A stretch of DNA of 64,000 nucleotides, from IMG/VR virus record IMGVR_UViG_3300021181_000006, positions 1-64,000 of that record; one strand, written 5' to 3'. Made by a program: the position numbers and the translations under genes. This DNA is from a virus. This document shows positions 16,978-26,749 of this stretch, piece by piece. The notes beneath the pieces are model-generated. The model was not told where the DNA came from. It did no database searches and worked only from the letters and a program-made list of their open reading frames with translations. Within the stretch, counting starts at the first letter, position 1; every line of letters begins with the position of its first letter.

Positions 16978-18728
16978 GGAACAATTTGCACCTTATAGTC
17001 GATAGGACCAGAGAATGATGGTTGGTCCGTAGCTATATTATGAACAAAGGTATGACTGACGCCAGAAGGAGATGTCGTAAGACCAGTAATACCATCTCCT
17101 CCACCAGCGGTAGCAGTTGTTAAACCTGAGCCATTATCGTATTTCACAGATAAGTTCACAGTATGTGAATCATTGCTATAGAGTTTATAGGTAATGGTTA
17201 CTAATGTACCTAAGCTATTCTGAGTCGTACTCAGTACTAAGACATCTCCATCATTGGTATCCCAGGCACCAATATGACCAGTTTGAACACCTGGTAAATA
17301 ATTCGTAGTAGCCTGAGAGCTAATGACACCATAGTCAGTTGATGATAAGGTATTCGTATTATATCCAGCATGATGGATATTATTCGCAGTAGTATCGTAC
17401 CATGCTAAATGAACAATACCGCTAGTTTCATCAAGATAACCGCTTAATTGCGTAATTGATGGAGATACTCCACCAACCACCAACAGCAACACATTAACGG
17501 TAGTACCATCATAGGTAATAACGATACAAGGAGGTGTAGTCGCTCCTGTATTACGGAAACCAACAAACATATAAAACACATTATTGACAGTAGTACAGAA
17601 CGTACTGCAATACATACCAACAGTATTAATATAAGAAATAAATGACCATGATGTTAGGAATTCTTGACTACTGCCAGGAGTGACCATCAGAGCGGATGTT
17701 GTTTCATCATAACAGCCAATATCTAATGTTGAGTTACTATTACCTAATGTAGTAATAACATGACCAGATAATCCGTTGGTTCCACCAATACCAGTCAGTT
17801 TATTCCCATAATTATACTTCTGGATAGCAGTACCAGACCCAGCAATCTGATTATTAGATCCTGGAGTAAAGGTAATATTACCAACTTGGAAATTAGCAAA
17901 GTCTCTGATATCAGCTATCTGAATACGGTTACCACCATCTTCTGTCAGATGATACAGTACGCCAGTAGTAGATAAAACGATCATCTTGCCATTATAAGAT
18001 CCAGCACTGATATAGGTCTGTTCAGCAGTATTTTTTAACTGTGTTACATCGGCAGTACTCGCTGGAGTAGCTTGTACCGAGATATCAGCAAAAAAATCTG
18101 GAGCTAAAGAAGGAACAAAAGTAATATTCGTACCTGCACCACCAGAATTAAAATCTAACTCATAAATAAGATTATGAGTGAGTACACCAGATTGTGGATT
18201 ATTAGCTACAATCGTAGGGAAAGTCATTAAGATTCTATCTCGATGCTGATAGAGTATCGGAACATATGATTGTTGGTCAGTAGCCGTGGCAGAATCTGTT
18301 GTTCCTGGAATACCAACTACAGCTGTGTATTTAATGAGTCCATTGGTTGGATCAAAACGATATACCGACCATTGCGTATACGATCCACTGCCAACACCCT
18401 TCTCGACCCAGTAGATAAACCCTCGATAATTGACTGGATTACTCCATTTCCAGCTAGATACTGGATTGCTAATAGCAAGAGCATTGGTTGCTGTCATCGT
18501 ACTGGTGCCATCGAATATATTGACACATACGTTCCATTGAGAATTCGTACCAATAAATGCACAATAGAGATTACCTTCACAACTAAAAAGAACCCAGCTT
18601 TGACCTTCAGTTTGGCTAGCCCATGTGAGTCCATCAAGATCAAGTGCACATACTGTGGTCCACGATACACCAGAGAATGCCATCAGGTTATGATTAATCG
18701 CATCGATAGAATACAGTGTCTTAGCCAT
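16974..18728 (-). CDS. Beta-rich virion protein
   Basis: 584 aa, coupled to neighbours, T/S/G-rich. Confidence 0.55.
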   Translation of the reverse strand: MAKTLYSIDAINHNLMAFSGVSWTTVCALDLDGLTWASQTEGQSWVLFSCEGNLYCAFIGTNSQWNVCVNIFDGTSTMTATNALAISNPVSSWKWSNPVNYRGFIYWVEKGVGSGSYTQWSVYRFDPTNGLIKYTAVVGIPGTTDSATATDQQSYVPILYQHRDRILMTFPTIVANNPQSGVLTHNLIYELDFNSGGAGTNITFVPSLAPDFFADISVQATPASTADVTQLKNTAEQTYISAGSYNGKMIVLSTTGVLYHLTEDGGNRIQIADIRDFANFQVGNITFTPGSNNQIAGSGTAIQKYNYGNKLTGIGGTNGLSGHVITTLGNSNSTLDIGCYDETTSALMVTPGSSQEFLTSWSFISYINTVGMYCSTFCTTVNNVFYMFVGFRNTGATTPPCIVITYDGTTVNVLLLVVGGVSPSITQLSGYLDETSGIVHLAWYDTTANNIHHAGYNTNTLSSTDYGVISSQATTNYLPGVQTGHIGAWDTNDGDVLVLSTTQNSLGTLVTITYKLYSNDSHTVNLSVKYDNGSGLTTATAGGGDGITGLTTSPSGVSHTFVHNIATDQPSFSGPIDYKVQIVP

Positions 18729-20122
18729 TAGATGTTATTCCCGAGTGCTTCAGCCTGCAGAGTGAACGTGTAATTAAATACCGTAGTCGTGAGATTAGTA
18801 ATGACAACGGTCATTACAGGTACTGGTACATCTTCTTGATTACTGAAGTGCCAAAGACCATAGTCAGTGAAGATACCAGATGACAGATCGATAAAGTCAG
18901 CCTCATATTGAAGTTGCGTGATATCTGAACGTCCATAAATCTGAATACTAACATTATCCGGTTTAGCGGTGCTCGTGGCCGTGAGCTGCGTGCTATAAAC
19001 GATAGCACGAGTTCTGCCGACATTCAAGCTAAACGTAGCAGAGCCCATAGAAGAAATAGTACCGCTATGGGACGGATTCTCGTAATCCGCCAAGAGAGCG
19101 ACTGGGCTCGTATAGGTTACAGACACTGAATTATTCTGTACAGAATAATCGATACGTATTTGCTGTAAGCTTAATGGAGCGTTTAAGAATACGATACCTT
19201 CAGCTATGCCAGCAGTATCAGTAATAATAGGTACCGCAATAAAATCACCAATAGGATTACTAATGCTATTGACATCATAAATACTGGTAACACCAACCGC
19301 AGCACTCGGTTGGTCTGAACCAAAGATAATCTCAGTCACGCGAATTTGTGTATCAGATAAAATACCATCGATGATATAGCCACCATCATTATTTGGAGTG
19401 CCCTGTAATACGATGATATCTCCAGCGCTCAGGCCATCACTTAAGAAAGTAGTACTGTTACAGGTAATAATACCTTTACCACCACCATTATTCACTTGAA
19501 TGGCAGATAAATTTGCATTGGTAATGAGAGCAACAGCTGTACTACGATCCTGATTGATGCCATCAAGATAGACTTCTGGTCCATAATTCGCCGTAATAAC
19601 AAAACTCTCAGGAGCGATAAAGAGACGAGCATTACTTGCGCCACCATTGTAGCCAGTACGTGTTGGTGTAGATCTATCATTCTTTAATGGAACTACATTA
19701 GTACGACTGTCAATTGAGTTAAATAATGCATCTAATCTTGTTGCAACGTCTGGAAACGAACCCTGAGGATTTATCCCCAGAGTTTGCTGCATGGTCATAA
19801 CCGTATTGACCATGCGATTATGATGAGCGGCGATCCAACGAAGTTCAGCCGTAGCGCCTGCTGTATGCGTGGCAGGAATAGTACCATCAAATCCACGAAC
19901 AAGATTTAAGAAACTTGTTGAATTCAGAGCTAAATAATAAATAACTTCGTCATCAATCGAGATAACGCCTTGTGTCGGCCAGCCAGCTGTTGAAGAAACT
20001 CTGATAGAGTTTGTATTGCCGATATTGAGAGTTGCCGCTAAAGCAACATCCAGGTTATTGACCGCAGGCAGAAAGAAGGTCTGTGGGTCTAAGGCATTCG
20101 GATATACGCTGGTGTCGGTCAT
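18728..20122 (-). CDS. Virion structural protein
   Basis: IDDEVIYY...VRGFDGTIPATHTAGA motif common in phage tail/structural proteins. Confidence 0.55.
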   Translation of the reverse strand: MTDTSVYPNALDPQTFFLPAVNNLDVALAATLNIGNTNSIRVSSTAGWPTQGVISIDDEVIYYLALNSTSFLNLVRGFDGTIPATHTAGATAELRWIAAHHNRMVNTVMTMQQTLGINPQGSFPDVATRLDALFNSIDSRTNVVPLKNDRSTPTRTGYNGGASNARLFIAPESFVITANYGPEVYLDGINQDRSTAVALITNANLSAIQVNNGGGKGIITCNSTTFLSDGLSAGDIIVLQGTPNNDGGYIIDGILSDTQIRVTEIIFGSDQPSAAVGVTSIYDVNSISNPIGDFIAVPIITDTAGIAEGIVFLNAPLSLQQIRIDYSVQNNSVSVTYTSPVALLADYENPSHSGTISSMGSATFSLNVGRTRAIVYSTQLTATSTAKPDNVSIQIYGRSDITQLQYEADFIDLSSGIFTDYGLWHFSNQEDVPVPVMTVVITNLTTTVFNYTFTLQAEALGNNI

Positions 20123-20135
20123 AATCTTACTTTAT

Positions 20136-20184
20136 TGTGACTATACTGTCTGGGTAACTGCGTTACCAAGATAGTATAGTCACA
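20136..20184. repeat. Long near-perfect hairpin between portal and fibre cluster
   Basis: TGTGACTATACT-GTCT-G-GGTAAC tgc GTTACC-A-AGAT-AGTATAGTCACA. Confidence 0.75.
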
Positions 20185-20207
20185 GCTCTAGAAAGTTACA
20201 GCAGCGA

Positions 20208-22178
20208 CTATACCGGGCTATTAGTCCGACGAGGAGGCTTCTGGGTTGGCAACGGTCTCATATCGCTACCTGAAGCCTGTTGACCCTGTCCTGGAGAGAT
20301 CTGGATTTTGCCACCAATGGGGGCTAATCCAGCCTGAGGAGATGGCTGAGTACTGGCTCCTGGTTTATCTTTCTCGCCTGGTTTCCTTTTGCCTTTATCG
20401 TCGGCTTTCTTCGCTTGAGATGGTTTTTTACCATCTTTATCGCCAGTCCCACTAGCCTGAGACTGCATCTCTTGGATCGCTTGGATCACCAGTTCATATA
20501 ACGTAGGCATATCAGATTTCATCTTTTCCAGAATCCCTTGAGCTGATTCAGGAGGTAAAGAAAGAATCTGAGCGGCATACTTATGGGCAACATCCATGGC
20601 AGCGATCTGTGTATCTACCGTACCATCGCCAGTTTCATTCAGTTCTGAAGCCAATTCTTGTTGCATCTTCTGTGCTTCAAACTGTGCCATAGCCTGACCA
20701 CGAGCTGTAATAGCCCCAACCAGCGACTGCACCTCCGCCTGAGAAATCAGATCATCACGCTGAATAGCCGAAAGCTCAGCATGCTCTTTCTTCTGTTGAG
20801 CATACTCTTCATGCGAGTTAATATCCCATTGATCCAGAACGCGCTTACGCGATACAAAGCCATTCTGCATGAGATTGACCATGATCTGCTGGAATTGCAC
20901 GTCATCAGCCATTTTGAAGGTCTTGAGTGCAATATCTATCTTAGGAAGCTTAAAGTACTTACTGATTCTTGGAATCAGAAAGTTATTAATGAATTCCAGA
21001 TCTTCTTCACGTTGTTTAATGAAGGTATTCTCAAGAATACGTAACGATACTGAACTACCTGAGTAATTAAGACCACCCTGAATAAACTCGATAGGTACGC
21101 CTAATGAAGCAGCAATACCCTTCGCTACGAAGTCCATCTCTTGTGTGACCATCATATTCCGTGCATCACCACCAATAAGCTCTTGGCCAATTGGTAATGG
21201 CATCACGGGAATGTAATTTGGATCTCTACGCCAATGCAGTAACTCATCCTCAACTCGACGTTTCCAGTCCTGTAAATTTACTGACTTAAACGGAGTTATA
21301 TCAGCATTCTGTTGAGGAAATAGAATCATCAACGGAACGATACGCTGTAGAGCTAATGCCTCATTCGCCTTACGAAGCACACTGAAGTAATGAATATCCT
21401 TCAGAACCGGAACAAGTGCAGGCGTTCCCCACCCGGGCCATAAATTCGCAATGGTTGGTCTTTCGAAATGGAAGAAGTGGTTATCATCAAGCTGAATCTG
21501 CTTATTTTGAGCAATGGCATCAAAGATAATACTGGGAGTGGTGTCGAGGTAGACTTTGGTACTCGCAAGGATTTTCTTCTTATCTTCTAATGGAACGTTG
21601 TAATAGTAATATTTATCACCAGTAAAGGTGTTATACTGAATATCCATGAACTCAGGACTGATCTTACTGAGTTTGAACATGGATTTATTAGCAACATACA
21701 GATCCTGAACCTTAAATTGTACTTCTTGCTTCAGTTCTGGATCGATTCCGTAGAACGACCATTTCTTCTGCTCAATCTTCATTTTATAATCGAGATCTTC
21801 TGCTTTATAACGCTTCCCCGATGGGGATATCAGATAACGTATAAAGGGATAATGCATCAACACGAAAGCATTACCATAGACAAAAACATCTTGGTGTACG
21901 CTGATTAAGAACGATTTAAGATCAATCGTTTCCTCTAGAACATGCTTCCATGACTTCTCTAGAGTATCAGAAACATTATTATAAATGAATCCCGTAACCG
22001 GGTATTCAGACATCTTGGTGACGATAGGATAGATAATAGACGAGGATACGAAATGATACTTCGTAAACTTGAAGAGTTCCTTGATATGCTTGGGCACGTA
22101 GCGGGAAGCAACATCAAACCAAGGCGATGGATACGCAATAGATTTTCTGGTTGTGGAAACCGGCAATTCGTTACTCAA
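20208..22178 (-). CDS. Portal protein with Q/P/K-rich C-terminal extension
   Basis: Size, helical pattern, IAASLGVPIEFI motif, context. Confidence 0.7.
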   Translation of the reverse strand: MSNELPVSTTRKSIAYPSPWFDVASRYVPKHIKELFKFTKYHFVSSSIIYPIVTKMSEYPVTGFIYNNVSDTLEKSWKHVLEETIDLKSFLISVHQDVFVYGNAFVLMHYPFIRYLISPSGKRYKAEDLDYKMKIEQKKWSFYGIDPELKQEVQFKVQDLYVANKSMFKLSKISPEFMDIQYNTFTGDKYYYYNVPLEDKKKILASTKVYLDTTPSIIFDAIAQNKQIQLDDNHFFHFERPTIANLWPGWGTPALVPVLKDIHYFSVLRKANEALALQRIVPLMILFPQQNADITPFKSVNLQDWKRRVEDELLHWRRDPNYIPVMPLPIGQELIGGDARNMMVTQEMDFVAKGIAASLGVPIEFIQGGLNYSGSSVSLRILENTFIKQREEDLEFINNFLIPRISKYFKLPKIDIALKTFKMADDVQFQQIMVNLMQNGFVSRKRVLDQWDINSHEEYAQQKKEHAELSAIQRDDLISQAEVQSLVGAITARGQAMAQFEAQKMQQELASELNETGDGTVDTQIAAMDVAHKYAAQILSLPPESAQGILEKMKSDMPTLYELVIQAIQEMQSQASGTGDKDGKKPSQAKKADDKGKRKPGEKDKPGASTQPSPQAGLAPIGGKIQISPGQGQQASGSDMRPLPTQKPPRRTNSPV

Positions 22179-22195
22179 TGTAATTTAAGCGCTGA

Positions 22196-22978
22196 TTACT
22201 CAGCGCCCCCTTCCTGAGTTAGAAACTTAAAAGTATAACGACCACCAACAACTTTCGCTCTACCGTGAAGAGCATTGCTAATACTTTTGTGCGATATCTC
22301 TAAATCATCGCCACATTTTCTTACATTGATCCATGTGCCTACGACTTCATCATCTTCAATATCGTATACTTCAAATAATTTTCCACCACGATCAATAGAC
22401 ATCTTATCGTCAAATTTCTTTAGAAATCTTGACTTACAGTCCTCAACTCTGGTAGCCAATAGATTAGGATCTGCTTCAAGGTCTGAAACCTTAATAAATG
22501 TATACCCCTTATGGATTCGCATAGTACCACTGAGTATAGTGCGAACTGAGCGACTTGCTAATCCTAACTCTGTAGCGCACTGACTAGCATTATCCCAAGT
22601 TCCGACTTCCTGACCATCTAAAGTAAATCCTTTAAATGGAACTGTCCCATGTGACCTAGCACTTTGACTACGCCATACAGGATCTCTTGGCCGTAAATCT
22701 CCACCAGCACATACATTATAACCTTGTTCGGTCTCCGCTAAACAACCAAATTTTTCGATCCAATAAATCTCTTTTTTATTTAATTCTTCTAATGAGGTGG
22801 CTGTATCAATAATTTCCCATACAAAAGAATCGAACCCATATTTATTTAATGCATTATGAAAAGGTTTATTAGACCGTTTCATATCACAACGATGTTGGTT
22901 TTGACGAATATTTAATGAATACGTTGTAATCCCAATATATTTCTTCCCCGAAGGGCTAGTAGCGCAATAGACTATCAT
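22196..22978 (-). CDS. Free-standing GIY-YIG homing endonuclease with NUMOD1-like repeats
   Basis: IVYCATSPSGKKYIG...R..H...ALNKYG...E..WI...GYN; two xGTWxNxxxCxxxL repeats. Confidence 0.9.
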   Translation of the reverse strand: MIVYCATSPSGKKYIGITTYSLNIRQNQHRCDMKRSNKPFHNALNKYGFDSFVWEIIDTATSLEELNKKEIYWIEKFGCLAETEQGYNVCAGGDLRPRDPVWRSQSARSHGTVPFKGFTLDGQEVGTWDNASQCATELGLASRSVRTILSGTMRIHKGYTFIKVSDLEADPNLLATRVEDCKSRFLKKFDDKMSIDRGGKLFEVYDIEDDEVVGTWINVRKCGDDLEISHKSISNALHGRAKVVGGRYTFKFLTQEGGAE

Positions 22979-22987
22979 AGGGTTCTT

Positions 22988-23743
22988 CTACCCCATCATG
23001 ATGGCTACGTATGCAGAAATATCAATCAATTTCTGCATTTGTACACCAATTACCGTATCAGCTTCATCAAAATCCATCAACCCTTCAATAGGCAGCCCTG
23101 ACAGACTATTCCAAGCCTGTTCTACTGCACCTGTATACTCTGAAGCGATTTTCACATCGATATCGCCCATAGGGAAGAATAAAAGTCCTTCTTCTTGCAT
23201 CAGAGCCTGAATATAAGCATACACATCATCCCATAACTCAATATCAGGATTAATGGCCTTCATCACCATATATCCGTAACGAATGACTTTGAGTGATGGC
23301 AACTCCCAGATACTAAACTCTGGCACCATATTATTAAAGACGATACAGAGTTTCTCAAACATATCAGCATCGAAGCCAATATTACCGCATACAGATGGGT
23401 CACGGCAAATCTGTATAGCGCGTATTTTATCATTTAAAAGACTCGATGGTCCTTCAATAGGCGCATGTTCGCCTAATGTTTGGAGTACCGTATCAGGCTC
23501 CCATGTATGCCACTGCTCATGAATGGTATTCAGGAACCGATTCAGCATCACAGGACATAGTGTGTCTGATCCAATATGTATAGACGATGTCTTATCCATT
23601 CCCTTCGTGAGAAGAGCCTGGGCGATCATACGTAACGGCGTCTCACTATTAATACGACCAGCAGGAAGTTTTAATGCTAAATTAATAGCTTTCTTCTGCT
23701 TATCTTCTTTAGTGAGTTCGTGCTTAACAGCTGAATCGCTCAT
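22988..23743 (-). CDS. Hypothetical head-module protein
   Basis: 251-aa ORF overlapping the upstream gene. Confidence 0.6.
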   Translation of the reverse strand: MSDSAVKHELTKEDKQKKAINLALKLPAGRINSETPLRMIAQALLTKGMDKTSSIHIGSDTLCPVMLNRFLNTIHEQWHTWEPDTVLQTLGEHAPIEGPSSLLNDKIRAIQICRDPSVCGNIGFDADMFEKLCIVFNNMVPEFSIWELPSLKVIRYGYMVMKAINPDIELWDDVYAYIQALMQEEGLLFFPMGDIDVKIASEYTGAVEQAWNSLSGLPIEGLMDFDEADTVIGVQMQKLIDISAYVAIMMG

Positions 23744-24638
23744 CGATTAACTCACGATCCGGTGTAGGTAAGCTGGCATATACTGCAGCAGGATCTTTAT
23801 CCCACTCAACCGCAAACTCTTCACCGAATACATCCTTCAGCTGTGATCCAGAGATATGACTCACTTTCGATGCAGAACTCTTCTCTAATGTTCCATACAC
23901 CGATGCATAAGGATCTGGGATTCGCTTATGACTGACAGATGCAGTCTTATCCCACTCCCCAAGGTATGCAATAGCATCTTTGGCATCAGTAGGTACATAT
24001 GCCTTGAGCGCAGCAATCTTCACGGAATCAGCACATTCGATAGTTCGTTGCTGAACTCCATGGTGCCAAGCAGTCTTAGATAACTCTGTTCCAGAATAGT
24101 CTAGGATCGTATTACCAATATCTACTTTGAGCACCGATGCCTGTTTCATGATATTCTGAGCATATTCATAGCGCTCTGATGGACGCAGTGTATCGCATGA
24201 CATACGGAAGCTCTCAGAGGCTGCCTTCACTAATTCAGGAGTTTCGATGGGAAAGTATCCTTTACCAGCGATAGTAATGCCAAATACTGAAGCTACTTTA
24301 ACAGGAGTCTCGTGAGATAGATCAATAACCACAGGTCTGGCTGACGCATCAGCTAAACCAGAACGTGCTGCATCTGCAACCTCAGTAGGCAAGGTAGATG
24401 CAACTTTATCGAAATAAAACTTTGATATCTCATGCGCATCACGTGTATGGCATGGATACTTCCGACGAGATTCACCAGAAGCTGTCTTGATGATCACAGC
24501 AAAGGCTGTGTCAGGAAGCTTAGCGACTTCTTCATGCGAATGGAGACGATAAGACGCAATCTTCTCACCATGCTCAGACAACAGGGAGTAGTGGGCATCG
24601 TCATAAATATCAACGATAGTACTTGAGTCTAAAGGCAT
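23724..24638 (-). CDS. Head-associated protein rich in KxAS motifs
   Basis: Seven K-x-A-S in 304 aa; GGAG RBS. Confidence 0.65.
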   Translation of the reverse strand: MPLDSSTIVDIYDDAHYSLLSEHGEKIASYRLHSHEEVAKLPDTAFAVIIKTASGESRRKYPCHTRDAHEISKFYFDKVASTLPTEVADAARSGLADASARPVVIDLSHETPVKVASVFGITIAGKGYFPIETPELVKAASESFRMSCDTLRPSERYEYAQNIMKQASVLKVDIGNTILDYSGTELSKTAWHHGVQQRTIECADSVKIAALKAYVPTDAKDAIAYLGEWDKTASVSHKRIPDPYASVYGTLEKSSASKVSHISGSQLKDVFGEEFAVEWDKDPAAVYASLPTPDRELIDERFSC

Positions 24639-24706
24639 ATACAGTCTCCGTATCTATGATACGCTGACTGCATGAAAAATCTATACGTTTATGGTATGAG
24701 ACTTAT

Positions 24707-25027
24707 ATGAATGAAACATTAGCCAAGCGGCAGCGCAAGCAGCCTCAACCACGTAATTTTAAAGAGTTTGCTATTATCTTCTCCGATGGTACGATCATCA
24801 AAGCTGATCCTACTGATATCGTCGAGAAGACGCAGCAGGCTCAAGCCGAACTTCTCAAGCCAGAGAATGCTGGCAAGTTAACCTTAGAAATCCGAGGCCT
24901 GAGCCGTAAGATAACTAGTATTCACCAGAAATCATCGCGTACTAAGAACGTCCAACTCGATGGAGAAGGCGTACATACCGATGACAACCGTGATGACGGT
25001 GCTATCGTCATTACCTACCAGGACTAA
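24707..25027 (+). CDS. Hypothetical protein
   Basis: 106-aa ORF. Confidence 0.6.
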   Translation: MNETLAKRQRKQPQPRNFKEFAIIFSDGTIIKADPTDIVEKTQQAQAELLKPENAGKLTLEIRGLSRKITSIHQKSSRTKNVQLDGEGVHTDDNRDDGAIVITYQD

Positions 25028-25033
25028 CGATTT

Positions 25034-25900
25034 ATGATTTCTGACCGCGCATTGCCAAATGAAGATGAAAAGCGTGAGAATATGGAGAAAGCTATCCGCA
25101 CTCTCAAAAAGAGCGGACAGTTCACTCCTAAGGAGCACGTAAAAAATAAAATTGAAGAAATGATCTCTCATCCGCCAGTGATGCACCACATTGATGATCC
25201 TGTTGCATGTGCGGGCAGAGAATGTCTCCATTGTACTGGTTGCCCTTCATTTCTTGCGTTTATGTCTGAATTGCGTGAAATCAATCAGTTGGATGCCGAT
25301 GAAGTCGAAAACGACAAGGCTCCAGATGCACCTCCTCTTGCTGCTGCAAAAGAAGCAAATAACGAGGAGTTAAAGAAAGCACACGCGTTCCATAACGAAC
25401 TCAAGAAGTCATCAGTTAAATACTCGCAATGGGATATGATCAAGTTCATGCAAAGAGCGGTGCTCTTCATCATGAAGATTGATCTCTTTGCCATCAAAAA
25501 GAAGATGGCGAAGTTCCAAAAAGAAATCAAAGAAGAAGATCGTGTCGATATCAATCAAGAAGACTGGAATATCATTCGGAATTTCTTTATTCTGAATGAG
25601 ATGCAGTGGTGGCTCGATAATATGAAAGCGGTAGGAACCAAGACTGATCCGAGTAAGTTCACCTTACTCCTCGTTGAAAAACAGAAACATCTCTACCTAC
25701 CTGGTAAGATGCTGTTCGTCCAAGCATTGGGCACAACCGAGAAATTCAGTACTGGGGAAACACAGACTAACGTTGGTGCTGCCGACCTCATAGAATCTTT
25801 CGATCCAAAAGTGGCTAAAAAGCTCAAAGAGCTTCAAGTCAATTTATCAGATCAAATGAAGTCACTGGCTCTTTGGACTGTCCATTTTGATAAATCATAA
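25034..25900 (+). CDS. Hypothetical protein with Cys cluster (CAGRECLHCTGC)
   Basis: 288-aa ORF. Confidence 0.65.
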   Translation: MISDRALPNEDEKRENMEKAIRTLKKSGQFTPKEHVKNKIEEMISHPPVMHHIDDPVACAGRECLHCTGCPSFLAFMSELREINQLDADEVENDKAPDAPPLAAAKEANNEELKKAHAFHNELKKSSVKYSQWDMIKFMQRAVLFIMKIDLFAIKKKMAKFQKEIKEEDRVDINQEDWNIIRNFFILNEMQWWLDNMKAVGTKTDPSKFTLLLVEKQKHLYLPGKMLFVQALGTTEKFSTGETQTNVGAADLIESFDPKVAKKLKELQVNLSDQMKSLALWTVHFDKS

Positions 25901-25946
25901 ACATATCTTTAAGATATGTTTGTTGTTTATCGCCTATTTATATAAA

Positions 25947-25986
25947 ATAAAAAAAAGACACATCGTTGCTGATGTGTCTTTTTTTT
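25947..25986. terminator. Bidirectional terminator
   Basis: AAAAAAGACACATC-GTTGCT-GATGTGTCTTTTTT. Confidence 0.85.
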
Positions 25987-25988
25987 AG

Positions 25989-26558
25989 CTAGTATTTATC
26001 GTTCTTACTAAGATTATCTAGAGCCCAAAGAGGCTGCATGTTGCTATAATGGAAACATTGCTCTTGTTGTCTTGTATCAGTAAGATCGAATGAAGAGCAT
26101 GGTCTCATATGATCTAGATGAATCTCGGATATACGTTCCCAAGACATCCCATCAGTAAATTTACTTTCTATATATACTTTAAATTCTTGTAATGAACATC
26201 CGAGCAGTTCTAATGAACTCTTAGACTTCAGCGTACCATTTAAAACTTTCCAGATACGTGTTCTTAAGCGGCAAGCTATCTTAAACTGAGGATCTTTTTG
26301 TAATCTTTCTCTGCGATCTTGATTAATACGATCACGATTATTAATACGATCTTTTCTTTTACTCTCTTTAACTTTTTCAGGATTATTTTTCTTATACACT
26401 CTAGCATATTCATTAAGTTTTTCTTTATTTACTTCTCTATAAGCTCTTTGAGCTGCTTGAGCTTTTTCAATATTATTATGATAATAATTGTTAGATTTAG
26501 CTTTGATTTTTTCTTTATTAGCTAAATAATATTCTTTACCGTATTCTGATTTAGTCAT
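25989..26558 (-). CDS. HNH-type homing endonuclease with N-terminal charged repeats
   Basis: LGCSLQEFKVYIE...IHLDHMRPCSSF...CFHYSNMQPLWALDNLSK. Confidence 0.85.
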   Translation of the reverse strand: MTKSEYGKEYYLANKEKIKAKSNNYYHNNIEKAQAAQRAYREVNKEKLNEYARVYKKNNPEKVKESKRKDRINNRDRINQDRRERLQKDPQFKIACRLRTRIWKVLNGTLKSKSSLELLGCSLQEFKVYIESKFTDGMSWERISEIHLDHMRPCSSFDLTDTRQQEQCFHYSNMQPLWALDNLSKNDKY

Positions 26559-26749
26559 ACATGATCGGCGTGATTCTCAAATAACTCAGTTAACATTTGA
26601 TGGAACACGTAGCCTTTATTATTTGGAGGCAGTCTACACCGCATCCACGCCATGTAAATAGAATTTAAAGTGGCTTCAGGGTTTCTAAAAGTAATTTTAC
26701 GAGTTCGTTTACTCGGTAGCGCTATTGGTGGTCTTTTAATATTAGGCAT
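26555..26749 (-). CDS. Small basic protein, possibly DNA-binding
   Basis: 64 aa, overlaps both neighbours. Confidence 0.45.
   Translation of the reverse strand: MPNIKRPPIALPSKRTRKITFRNPEATLNSIYMAWMRCRLPPNNKGYVFHQMLTELFENHADHV

Noticed and set aside
10769-19680. Numerous + strand or off-frame ORFs within fibre genes (e.g. 11549, 12293, 18270)
   Set aside because: Antisense or shadow frames with no motifs, promoters or RBS, unlike the intein-nested gene
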